Virus record (IMG/VR): IMGVR_UViG_3300031555_001469
Source: a virus
Lineage: Duplodnaviria; Caudoviricetes
DNA: 64,000 nt
Reading direction: 5' to 3' (one strand)
The translations under genes and the position numbers were made by a program. Of this stretch, positions 40,413 through 49,945 are shown piece after piece. Each line of letters begins with the position of its first letter. The stretch's first letter is position 1. The notes below the pieces were generated by a model that searched no databases, was not told where the DNA came from, and was given only the letters and a program-made list of their open reading frames with translations.

Positions 40413-41507
40413 TTATAATCTTTCTAAATCCAATGGACAGTTTTTGAACCACTGATTGTTAATGGCTTTAACTTCTTCTGGATTCTGTAAGTCAATAATA
40501 TAACTCAACTTACTCTCTGGATTATCCATATAACACATGTGGTTAAACTTCAAATCGATAGCTTTAAATCTATGAATCAAAGTCTGACATGCTATAGGGA
40601 ACTTACCTTCTTTATTCAATAAAGCATAATATACTTCATTCATATCAGCATTATATCCATTAATGATAGAATGGTCTGATGTGATTAAGAGAAGTTTATT
40701 TATTGCGGTATTGATATTTAATATGGTTATTATACCTCTAGCTGTTAGGTTAGTAATAGCCATCAGAAGAGATAATAACTCAGGGCTTAAAGAATAAGAT
40801 TTGACAAGAGCTTTATTAGAACTATTGTCTTCCTTGATGTTTCTTGAGTTTGCTATAAATGACTGTAATACATTATCATAGTTAACTAACCAAGACCCAT
40901 CGACCCCATTTGATTTTTTAGGTCTGAAGATTACAGTATCTCTTCTCATAGATGGTAGCTGATAAGCATACAGGTCCTTTGTCAATACAATATTAGGATT
41001 TGTATTACCACTAGCTTCTTCTCTATAAATGATATCAAGAGCTTTTACTGCAAATTCTTCATTTGTCTTAATAAAATAGATTCCGTGTAAGTATGGACAC
41101 AAAACTTCTAATAACTCCAAATTGTGATCTATCATGTCTCTAATCTTACCATTACTGGACACCATAGAAAGGTACTTTTCATAATATCCAGGATAAAATG
41201 TAGAATGAAGATAGTTCTTAGTCATATCGGAATATATTATAAATATTTTCGTATTCACGTTACAATATCTTCTATAGAATGCTCTCATATGAGCACATAG
41301 ATTTATAATACCAGAAGTGACAGAAGAATAATCTCCAATAACAACTCCTGAATTATAAAAGCTTTTAGTTATATTAGCCATATCAATATAGATATTGACA
41401 TTATTACAATTAGCATACGGCGTATTCACAAACGCTGCTTTAGTAAGATTCATCAATTGTTCGTTCTTAATATAATAAGATACTATCAATTGTTCTATTG
41501 AAACCAT
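40413..41507 (-). CDS. Putative 5'-3' exonuclease/RNase H (PIN/FEN-like)
   Basis: IYIDMAN...FYPGY...EEFA...IVLTKDLYAYQL pattern. Confidence 0.45.
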   Translation of the reverse strand: MVSIEQLIVSYYIKNEQLMNLTKAAFVNTPYANCNNVNIYIDMANITKSFYNSGVVIGDYSSVTSGIINLCAHMRAFYRRYCNVNTKIFIIYSDMTKNYLHSTFYPGYYEKYLSMVSSNGKIRDMIDHNLELLEVLCPYLHGIYFIKTNEEFAVKALDIIYREEASGNTNPNIVLTKDLYAYQLPSMRRDTVIFRPKKSNGVDGSWLVNYDNVLQSFIANSRNIKEDNSSNKALVKSYSLSPELLSLLMAITNLTARGIITILNINTAINKLLLITSDHSIINGYNADMNEVYYALLNKEGKFPIACQTLIHRFKAIDLKFNHMCYMDNPESKLSYIIDLQNPEEVKAINNQWFKNCPLDLERL

Positions 41508-41519
41508 TTAGATCCCCTC

Positions 41520-42032
41520 CTAGTACTTTTTAATTACTTTTCTTAAAATAGAAGCACAACTGCTACATATATTAGTTAACGGGACCGGCATCGATGTATG
41601 GGATGAACTACATAAAGGACAAATTCTTGGCTTAGACGTAAGCACCGAAGTCAATCTTGTTCTACATGTATTACATATTCCTGTTTCCCATAAATCTGCT
41701 TTCTTAGGGTCCATTGGTCTAGAGCATATTTTACATGCTTTAAGTGAACCCATTTCTTTCATACGTTGCAAACAATGGTCGCATACTTTCAGAACTGCAT
41801 TTCTACTATCTCCAGTAGTTTTAGTACTGCATATACGACACTCATACTCAAAGGTTTCTTTCTGTAATTTAAATTCTGTATCGTCAAAGAAACAAAATTC
41901 TAAACTACATCTATCTCCTTCGGTATTAAATATACAAGATTTTTTATCACATTTTAAAAACTCTTCATTTACGGAAGAATTTCCAGCACTACTAGATGTA
42001 GTGCTGGAACTATTGTTATTTATAAAAGCCAT
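41520..42032 (-). CDS. Cysteine-rich multi-zinc-finger protein
   Basis: Six CxxC pairs (CRIC, CDHC, CKIC, CNTC, CPLC, CSSC). Confidence 0.7.
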   Translation of the reverse strand: MAFINNNSSSTTSSSAGNSSVNEEFLKCDKKSCIFNTEGDRCSLEFCFFDDTEFKLQKETFEYECRICSTKTTGDSRNAVLKVCDHCLQRMKEMGSLKACKICSRPMDPKKADLWETGICNTCRTRLTSVLTSKPRICPLCSSSHTSMPVPLTNICSSCASILRKVIKKY

Positions 42033-42093
42033 AGAAATAACCTCCTTAAACACTATTACTATAGTGTCAAGAACTTTTTAACAAATTAAGATG

Positions 42094-42483
42094 TTACTCT
42101 AATAAACAGCTAGGATCATAGATTTCTTCCTCTCCTACCTCTTCATCATAGAACTCAGATTCTTTTCCAAGTACTATATTAAGAGATTTCTGGAAGTCTT
42201 CTCTATCCTTAAGAGATCGGAGTACTTCTTTAGTATGCCCATACCCCTCTCTTACCATTACGTCTACAAGCTCATGAGGACCTTCTTCTGTAAGGAAAGA
42301 TACACCCTTACCTAAGACTTCTCCTTCAGCCTGCATCCAATATTTTCTTAAGTCTAACGAAACCTTTTCTCTATCACCCCATCTAATCTTTCTAAGGGCA
42401 ATAAACTGATTTCCTGATTCATCAATAGTATGGTCAAATTCATCGACTATACTATACTCTATTTTCTTGTCTCCAAAAGCCAT
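42094..42483 (-). CDS. PC4/YdbC-family ssDNA-binding protein
   Basis: LRKIRWG...LDLRKYW...LGKGVSFLTEE; acidic tail. Confidence 0.7.
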   Translation of the reverse strand: MAFGDKKIEYSIVDEFDHTIDESGNQFIALRKIRWGDREKVSLDLRKYWMQAEGEVLGKGVSFLTEEGPHELVDVMVREGYGHTKEVLRSLKDREDFQKSLNIVLGKESEFYDEEVGEEEIYDPSCLLE

Positions 42484-42555
42484 AATATTTACCTCCGTTA
42501 AAAAATAAAGGCTAGGTCGAAATTAATCAACCTAGCCTTTATCATATTGCTGTAA

Positions 42556-43284
42556 TTAAGCGGTTGGCATGATCTTAGAGATCTGTCCCTGAGTTGGGAT
42601 AATACCAACAGAATTGCAAAGTCTTGCAACTTCTACGTTGTCAAGCTGCATAACGTTTACTAAGTAGTTTACATCATTGCCTACACCATTGATAGGACGA
42701 ACCGGCTGAATCATGTAATCTACCATATGCTTAACGCCATCAACCATTACGAAGTTACCATATACTTCACGGATAATCTTATTAAGGTCAAGACCTGTAA
42801 CCTTCATATAGATGAACTGTCCGTTGTAAGTATTTTCAGCAACTTCTGCACAGCACTGATTCCAGTTAATCTGGGCATTACCCATCTTAACCATATATGG
42901 TTCAAGAGCGCTCTTAACTTCTTCAGTCAGAGTGATGTTCTTAGAACCATTAACTGCATTCATATTACGGATACGATCCATAATATTGTCATTACGTCCG
43001 GTCTTGTTTGCAATTGTGTTACGAACTGCCTTATACTGACCTTCACCAAGCTGCTTGTCTTCAACCTTGTCACGGAAGTAAACAGCTACCTGGAACTGAC
43101 CGTTAACGATCTGCATGTAAGCGCCATCATAATCCGGGAATACCGGTAATAAGAATTCACCTACAAGCTCACATAACTTAGCGGATGTAGTGAGATCTGT
43201 CTTGAGAGTACCAGGAAAAGTAACCTTATCCTTGATTGCGATTTCCACTACATTCTTTTCATTTTCATTCTTTGCTGTACTCAT
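42556..43284 (-). CDS. Early hypothetical protein, apparently highly expressed
   Basis: Start MSTAK with AGGAGG SD; own early promoter (43374) and terminator; C-ending codon bias (AAC, ATC, CGT). Confidence 0.7.
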   Translation of the reverse strand: MSTAKNENEKNVVEIAIKDKVTFPGTLKTDLTTSAKLCELVGEFLLPVFPDYDGAYMQIVNGQFQVAVYFRDKVEDKQLGEGQYKAVRNTIANKTGRNDNIMDRIRNMNAVNGSKNITLTEEVKSALEPYMVKMGNAQINWNQCCAEVAENTYNGQFIYMKVTGLDLNKIIREVYGNFVMVDGVKHMVDYMIQPVRPINGVGNDVNYLVNVMQLDNVEVARLCNSVGIIPTQGQISKIMPTA

Positions 43285-43396
43285 TGTGAAGTACCTCCTT
43301 ATTATATTATTTTTACTTTTAAGTTGAAGAATTAGTAAATTATTATTAATCATTTACTCCTTCTTACACGTTTATAATATATATCTAAATCCTTTT

Positions 43397-44338
43397 TTAG
43401 GACTTCGATTTTGTAGCTAAGATAGCTTCGAGAGTTTTGAGTTCTCTCTTATCATCTATCTGTGCATATCCAGGGTTATAATAATCACCCTCATCATAGA
43501 TTAATAAATAGATACTTCCCTTTAAATCTGCAATCAAAAGGTAAGATCTCTTAATCTGATTAAAATCTATATCATATCCGTACTTCATAATCTGTACAGA
43601 AGAGATATGTGTTTTAACGATATTCTCCACTAATGGAATTAATGGATTCCCGTTATACAATTCATCCTGATCATCAGACATTGTGAACTCCAGATCAACA
43701 GGCTTAATATTAAAAGCTCTATAAATATTGTGAATAAACTGATTCTGATCTATAAGATCATATACTGTATTACAATATCCTTTAAACTTAGTCTTATTAG
43801 CTATATTATACATATAGTCTAATACACTATCGTAGTAAGATAACTTAGTCCAAGAGAGTAACTCCTTAATATCGTCTCCAATATAATAAGCTACTAACTC
43901 GCTCTTATCTACTGCATTACAAGCAATCATCATCTTGTAATCTACATCTTCTGGACAACTGTCTTTATCTACTGCTACCCCTACATATGTGAAATTATCA
44001 ATATTTCTATTTGTAAGATTTGCATAGATATCCATAACAGACTGTCTACAAATTGCATAAGGTACATTATCACCTTTTTCAATATCTTCTGTCTTGTGGA
44101 AACCTACAATTACGTCATGTAAGTTCTGCTCAAGAATAACAGATGAAATTGTTAAATATCCGTTTGGTCTTAAAAGAATGTACTCATAATCTTTTAAGTC
44201 CTGTTCAGATAACTTTAAGATTTCTCCTTTATTATCTTTACAATGATACTTATTGGAAGATTTTACATATTTAGTTATTCTAAGTTTATGGAGTTCATCA
44301 CCCAAAAACTTATAATAAATTTGTCCTATCATTGGCAT
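43397..44338 (-). CDS. Hypothetical protein
   Basis: Start MPMIG after AAGGAGG; early motif at 44370. Confidence 0.7.
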   Translation of the reverse strand: MPMIGQIYYKFLGDELHKLRITKYVKSSNKYHCKDNKGEILKLSEQDLKDYEYILLRPNGYLTISSVILEQNLHDVIVGFHKTEDIEKGDNVPYAICRQSVMDIYANLTNRNIDNFTYVGVAVDKDSCPEDVDYKMMIACNAVDKSELVAYYIGDDIKELLSWTKLSYYDSVLDYMYNIANKTKFKGYCNTVYDLIDQNQFIHNIYRAFNIKPVDLEFTMSDDQDELYNGNPLIPLVENIVKTHISSVQIMKYGYDIDFNQIKRSYLLIADLKGSIYLLIYDEGDYYNPGYAQIDDKRELKTLEAILATKSKS

Positions 44339-44385
44339 AGGAACTACCTCCTTTATTTTATTCATAAGTATAATATATGAATATT

Positions 44386-44898
44386 CTATCCTTTGAACAT
44401 TCGAGAAGTTTCTGCTTCTCTCTGACCCTGGTATCTACCATTATAGAAAGGACCAGGTTCTCCATCAATAGTCTGATAATAAACCTGACCTATTTCCATG
44501 TTAGGATATACCTTAACAGGTTTTACTACTGTAATCTCTAATGTCCAATTACCATCGAATCCGTTATCTCCGAATCCTGCTGTAATATGAACAGAGATAC
44601 CTAATCTACCAGAAGACGATCTACCGTCAATACATGGTACTAATCCACGAGTTTCAGTATACTCATTAGTAGAGCCTATGTATAACTCGCCAGGATATAA
44701 AATCATTCCTTCTTCTGGAATGATAATCTCTTTGTAAGGGTTATCTCTTCTACTGTCTAATACTTCTTCGGTATAAACCTTAAGTTTCTTATTTAAAGTG
44801 ATATTATAAGAATTAGGATTAACCTTACTCTTATCAAATGGCAAGATTAATATCTCACCGGTTTTTGTTCGGTTCATAATTTCATTTCCTGAAAGCAT
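44386..44898 (-). CDS. dcd: dCTP deaminase
   Basis: NPNSYNITL, GRSSSGRLG, TAGFGDNGFDGNWTLEI, YQGQ. Confidence 0.9.
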   Translation of the reverse strand: MLSGNEIMNRTKTGEILILPFDKSKVNPNSYNITLNKKLKVYTEEVLDSRRDNPYKEIIIPEEGMILYPGELYIGSTNEYTETRGLVPCIDGRSSSGRLGISVHITAGFGDNGFDGNWTLEITVVKPVKVYPNMEIGQVYYQTIDGEPGPFYNGRYQGQREAETSRMFKG

Positions 44899-44960
44899 TT
44901 TCTAATCCCTCCTTATTTGATTACTATTAAGTTTATGAGTTAATAAATTACAACAATTTG

Positions 44961-45106
44961 CTATGATCCGTAAAAGTCAATGTAATTACTTGCATATTAT
45001 AATAGTGATAAGATGAAATAATATCTTATTCTTCTATATATCCAGCTCAAAGAAGCTACAATACTACGGGGTTATAAGAAGTCATGCGCAGGAGGCGCTT
45101 TATATA
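44961..45106 (+). promoter_or_regulatory. Early promoter plus conserved structured RNA leader, copy 3
   Basis: Homologous to 8728-8874, including an identical upstream 17-mer CTATGATCCGTAAAAGT. Confidence 0.8.
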
Positions 45107-45256
45107 ATGAGTAACGAAAATGATATTATTGCACAGAGACTTGCAACACTTTGGCAAGAAATGAACAACCGCCATGAAAATGAAAACATTGATAAAATTT
45201 CGGCTAGAATTAAAGCTGCTCTAGTCGAATTAAACAAGGCTCATGGTATAGCTTAA
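45107..45256 (+). CDS. Orphan ORF (49 aa), cargo of cassette 3 (not in ORF track)
   Basis: MSNENDIIAQRLATLWQEMNNRHENENIDKISARIKAALVELNKAHGIA; AGGAGG SD; terminator at about 45259-45290. Confidence 0.7.
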   Translation: MSNENDIIAQRLATLWQEMNNRHENENIDKISARIKAALVELNKAHGIA

Positions 45257-45293
45257 ATAAAGAGGGAACCAATTAAGGTTCCCTCTTTATTTT

Positions 45294-48269
45294 TTATCTC
45301 AGAATATCTTTTATTAATTTAAATGCTCCCTTGATAGTACTATTATCTATCTTAATATAAGAATCAGAAAATGGTGACTGTTCAAAGTATGCATTGAAAT
45401 TAAAGTCTTTCTCAGCTTCTGTAACCATCTTCAAATACTTATGGAAATCATTAAGCACTCTTGCTCTGGTCTTAGTAAGCTCGACTTTATTTTTTACATT
45501 AGAAGAGAGTCTACTTTCAATGTAATTATTCAGGAACCATAATCTACATAACTCGTATTTCATTCCTTCATAATTCTTATTCTCTTCATAAGTTCTTAAT
45601 AACTTATGAGATCCCTGATATTCATTTTCAGGATTGAATCCTTTTATAGGTTTGATATAGAGATTGCCTGCATCATCTAACTTAACCGGCAATTCTTTTA
45701 CTTCTAATAAAGGATTTAAGACATTCTTCAAAGCATCAGGTACAGCATATTTACTTATAAACTCAACAGCCTCTTTAATAGCTTTAGCTCTGTTACTAAT
45801 AGCTTTAGTTAATAAAGCAGCTTTACTGGATTTAAAGTCTTTTACTTTACCCTCATATATCTTATAGATCTTATTACTGTATTTGGAAGCTTTGTAGAAA
45901 TCATTAGGATTTACTAAAGAGCTCGCTTTTCCAGTAAGATCGATATCAGTAAGTTTTAAGATGTTATCTACAAACTCAGAGCAGATCATATTCATATCAG
46001 ACTTAGTAGGAATCTTAAGAGCTAACAATATACACTTAACGAAATTATAGCTGGTTTCCTTAGCGTTATTAAGATACTCAGTAAGAACCTGTTTAATCTT
46101 TTTATAATCCTTCTCTTTAACAAATATTGTATATACACCTAATGTATTTTCTTTAGGATAAGCATCAATCGATTCGATAGACAAACCTCCTAAAGAACCT
46201 TCACTGTTTAATACATTGAAAGAATATAACTTCTCAAAATCCCTATCAAGACATATAGCAGCATGGGAAAATGGTCCTTTAGTAACTGCTTTAATAGTTT
46301 TACTAAATAAGGTTTCTCCTTCTACTAATACAATATGAATAGGATGAAGTTTCTTTCTATCAGCAGCTTCCATCAAGATTTCACAACAGTTTTCAGTATA
46401 ACCCTTATAACGCTTAGGGAGATCTATAATTGTATCATTGAATCTATTCTGAAGTTGCTCTAATACTCTTTTTCTAGCAGCCATTCTATTAGCGTCAGAG
46501 AATTCAATATAAGGATTCCAACCTAACTCTAAGATAGACTGGTTCAGCTTATTAAGTTCATCTTCTGGTGCAGTAGTTGCTTCTAGTATTTCTTTTTTAT
46601 ACATAAGATTTCTTACAGCCTTAACCCATTCAGATGGATTGTAAGACTCTGTTCTAAAACCGTGCATAAGCATCTTATACTGTTCATACCATTCTTTAGA
46701 ACTCATATCCCCAACCATATTCTTTTCATCTGAAATAGGGAAGAATCTGTTGTTCTCATCATCAAATACACCAAGATTATCTAACTCAATAGGAGTATAG
46801 AATGGCATATCTAATGGGAATATCTCACTGTCAATTACATTGACAATATCATTTGGGTCTTCGTCTTTATAGATATTTCTTACATCCATAAGAGATGACT
46901 CAGTAACTACCATACTACTCTCAGATAAAGCATCTTCTAAATCTAAGATCTTATCTATTGTAGTATCATGATTCTTAGAAAGAATAGTATTTGTAATAAT
47001 ATCTTCCTTAGATATCTCATCATAGTCATCAAGTTTGGTTTGAATTGCTAAGAAATAAGACTTCTGGAATTCATAGAAATCCTGATTGGATACGCCAAAG
47101 ACTTCTAAAGATTTCCAGTCAGAAACTCTCTTATGCTTTCTAACCATAGAGTTATATTTATACCACATAGTCTCTAACTCCTCTAAATTCTTAGCTGGAG
47201 TTACGATATTGATATTAGAACCTAAAGCCCAGGTAATGACAGATTCTACATCATCTTCGGTATATTTCTTGATATTATACTCTTTTTCAGGAGCATCCAT
47301 AAACTCTTCATCAGCGGATTCAGTATATGCATATATACGATCCTTTAAGAAATTAAATTGTTTTACCTGTTTCATATAATGCTTATTTGTAAAGATAGTA
47401 AAAGCATTAAACCAATTTACATAAGCATCATAATACCCACTCCGAGTTATATCTCTAGATAAGTCTCTATTACTTCTTCTAAACATAGTTGTGCTCACAG
47501 AAGTACCTTTAATAATACATGGTTTACAGGATAAATACTCTGGTGTATAAGCTCTAAATAAGTGAGTCCCCTCAATTACATATTGCTTACCATTATTAGC
47601 GTGCTCACCAATAAACCAATTTAAGAAATGTATAGCCTGATCTACTATTACTTTATCTTCCCAAGTATATTCCTTTGATATAAAAGGAACGTCTTTTCTT
47701 TTAAAATATTTAGCAGCATCAGCACATTCAGATTTAAGCTGTTCGAACTTTCTCTTTCTCTTTTCATCAGTATAACTTTCCATACATACAATGGTTACGT
47801 TATCCAAATGAATTAATTCAGCTTTATAATTCTTAGCAACAGACTCACTGATTGTAGATTTACCACTACCAGATAATCCTGTTATGAATAAAATATTATT
47901 CTTTTTCTTGATCCAATCTTCAAAGTTTAAGATTATGTCATTTTTCTCTAAAAATTCAGAATCTAAATCAGCTTCTAAATTAATAGTACCCTGAGGGGTA
48001 ACAATAATCTCTTTATCATCAATAGGTTCCTTAAGAAACTTAGATTTAGTATCATCATAAATCTGCTGATTAGTTTTACCATATTTATGAATAGCAGCTG
48101 CATCAGAATCCTTCTTCTGAGCATTAGGCTGAGATTCGTATTCATCCATATCCCGTTCTAATTCTTCTTCAGAACTATTAGGATCTAAGACTATAGTATC
48201 TTCACTTAAAGTGAATTTATCTGTATAGAATTCATCAAAAAATGTAGAATTACTTCTATACCCGTTCAT
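45294..48269 (-). CDS. Multidomain virion-type protein with P-loop domain and permuted papain-like (YiiX/NlpC-P60) domain
   Basis: FITGLSGSGKST; FSHAAI...YNF...MICSEFV (His before Cys). Confidence 0.65.
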   Translation of the reverse strand: MNGYRSNSTFFDEFYTDKFTLSEDTIVLDPNSSEEELERDMDEYESQPNAQKKDSDAAAIHKYGKTNQQIYDDTKSKFLKEPIDDKEIIVTPQGTINLEADLDSEFLEKNDIILNFEDWIKKKNNILFITGLSGSGKSTISESVAKNYKAELIHLDNVTIVCMESYTDEKRKRKFEQLKSECADAAKYFKRKDVPFISKEYTWEDKVIVDQAIHFLNWFIGEHANNGKQYVIEGTHLFRAYTPEYLSCKPCIIKGTSVSTTMFRRSNRDLSRDITRSGYYDAYVNWFNAFTIFTNKHYMKQVKQFNFLKDRIYAYTESADEEFMDAPEKEYNIKKYTEDDVESVITWALGSNINIVTPAKNLEELETMWYKYNSMVRKHKRVSDWKSLEVFGVSNQDFYEFQKSYFLAIQTKLDDYDEISKEDIITNTILSKNHDTTIDKILDLEDALSESSMVVTESSLMDVRNIYKDEDPNDIVNVIDSEIFPLDMPFYTPIELDNLGVFDDENNRFFPISDEKNMVGDMSSKEWYEQYKMLMHGFRTESYNPSEWVKAVRNLMYKKEILEATTAPEDELNKLNQSILELGWNPYIEFSDANRMAARKRVLEQLQNRFNDTIIDLPKRYKGYTENCCEILMEAADRKKLHPIHIVLVEGETLFSKTIKAVTKGPFSHAAICLDRDFEKLYSFNVLNSEGSLGGLSIESIDAYPKENTLGVYTIFVKEKDYKKIKQVLTEYLNNAKETSYNFVKCILLALKIPTKSDMNMICSEFVDNILKLTDIDLTGKASSLVNPNDFYKASKYSNKIYKIYEGKVKDFKSSKAALLTKAISNRAKAIKEAVEFISKYAVPDALKNVLNPLLEVKELPVKLDDAGNLYIKPIKGFNPENEYQGSHKLLRTYEENKNYEGMKYELCRLWFLNNYIESRLSSNVKNKVELTKTRARVLNDFHKYLKMVTEAEKDFNFNAYFEQSPFSDSYIKIDNSTIKGAFKLIKDILR

Positions 48270-49429
48270 TATAACTCACCCCCTATATTAATTATAGGCA
48301 TTGTAAAATCTATAAACTCGAAATTCTTATCATATGCAATCTGATCTTTAGAAAGCATCGCTTTTCCAGATAAGATTTCATAGATATCATTATCAGAACA
48401 ATCTTTTCCATACTGCTCTAATAACTTCTTGTAGTTGTTTCTATCTCCAATGAACTTAAATAATGCTACACTAGTATTTTCATCTAATGTAATATTAGTT
48501 AAGATTCCATCTTCAATACCTAAAGTATCATTATCAAACATGCCTTTAGTAAGACACATCTTTTCATAATCGCTGCTATCAGCAAAGATATTCTTTTTGT
48601 ATAAGCCTACATAAATATCTCCCTCAGCCGCACTAGCAATTCCTCCAATCGAAGCTATACCCATAGCTTCATGGATTCTTGAAATAGGGCTTATTTCTCC
48701 ATTCATAGCCTGTTCTTTTAACTCAGCTAAGATGTCGATTAACTGTACAAACTGATTGTCTGTAAGACGAATATAATTATAAACTCCTAAGTTTGTAATC
48801 ATCTTCTCTTTCTCAATCTGTTTTTCTCTATAAGACTGCATCTGTCTGTTATTAGGATTAGAACCACCGTCCTTAATCTCAATAACAAGATTAGCTGGAA
48901 TGTAATAAATATCAGTAATCCATTTATGTTTCTCACCCTGATAATCATACTCAAAAGTAGGACCAGGACACATAACGTCTTTACTGGATATATTTAACAC
49001 AGTATCCATAAACTCTAAGCATTTCTTTTCATAAGTACCTGTATATGTAACAGCTCCCCCATCGGAGAATTTATACTTTCCAGATATCTTTCTATTAGCA
49101 AGCATATGTGCCTGCCATTCTTCATCATCTAATAAAGTAGGTTTATTATAAACCTTAATCATATTCTTAGTAAACTGCTCTCTAGCAGATTTTCTACAAG
49201 ATTCTTTATCACAAATCTTGTTATATTTACCAGCTTTTTCATTCCATGGAGTCTTGCCTTTACATACCATACAGACACCATATTCTCTTTTATTTACAAT
49301 ATTAAATACTACTCTCGTTGGAGTATAGTCTTCAGGGATAAGTTCTTCGTGATTATCTGCTACATGATCAATCAACTTATCTCTTTCAGAGGAAAAATTA
49401 CAATATGGACACTTATAGTGTTTAGCCAT
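48269..49429 (-). CDS. Zn-finger plus PD-(D/E)XK nuclease (TnsA/gp4-like)
   Basis: CPYC..H...H, CMVC..C; YTGTYEKK...WITDIYY...VIEIKD. Confidence 0.6.
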   Translation of the reverse strand: MAKHYKCPYCNFSSERDKLIDHVADNHEELIPEDYTPTRVVFNIVNKREYGVCMVCKGKTPWNEKAGKYNKICDKESCRKSAREQFTKNMIKVYNKPTLLDDEEWQAHMLANRKISGKYKFSDGGAVTYTGTYEKKCLEFMDTVLNISSKDVMCPGPTFEYDYQGEKHKWITDIYYIPANLVIEIKDGGSNPNNRQMQSYREKQIEKEKMITNLGVYNYIRLTDNQFVQLIDILAELKEQAMNGEISPISRIHEAMGIASIGGIASAAEGDIYVGLYKKNIFADSSDYEKMCLTKGMFDNDTLGIEDGILTNITLDENTSVALFKFIGDRNNYKKLLEQYGKDCSDNDIYEILSGKAMLSKDQIAYDKNFEFIDFTMPIINIGGEL

Positions 49430-49545
49430 AATAAACACTCCTTTCCTATTTAAATTCGGTTATTAATTGAATGTTTTCGGTGTAGTTTTGGTAAACTTTA
49501 AAAGCCTTAACTTATTAGTAAAATGAGAAAGGAGTTGATTTTAAA

Positions 49546-49932
49546 ATGGCTAAACACGTTGCCGAAGAGCATTTGCTATCGGTTAACTCCTATGAAGAAC
49601 CTAAAGTTCTTTACGATAACAATGCTGTCTATACTTTGATTATAAGGCTACTTTTATTAGAGCCTGGCAAAGATAAAGATAGACCAGAAATGGGAGTAGG
49701 ATTAGTATCTAAATATAGATATATTACTACTGATAAACTTGAAACTCTGAGAACTGAGATTAAAAATCAGATCAGGACTTATCTGCCAAACTTTAGTATG
49801 GCGGAGGTAAACATTGAAGCCTTTGATACCACATTGGCTTTATATGTAAAGACGGAAAATGTTACATATGGTATCAAGTTCGATTCGAATAATGGTACTG
49901 TATCGCCATTAACAATTGATGATATTAAATAA
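49546..49932 (+). CDS. gp25/gpW-like baseplate wedge subunit
   Basis: LLLLEPG...RPEMGVGL signature; size. Confidence 0.7.
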   Translation: MAKHVAEEHLLSVNSYEEPKVLYDNNAVYTLIIRLLLLEPGKDKDRPEMGVGLVSKYRYITTDKLETLRTEIKNQIRTYLPNFSMAEVNIEAFDTTLALYVKTENVTYGIKFDSNNGTVSPLTIDDIK

Positions 49933-49945
49933 GGAGGAATTAATT

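Noticed and set aside
48269-49429. Free-standing homing endonuclease serving the nrdD intron
   Set aside because: It lies 10 kb away, has a late promoter and is coupled to a virion-type gene; a core head-completion or nuclease role is more parsimonious
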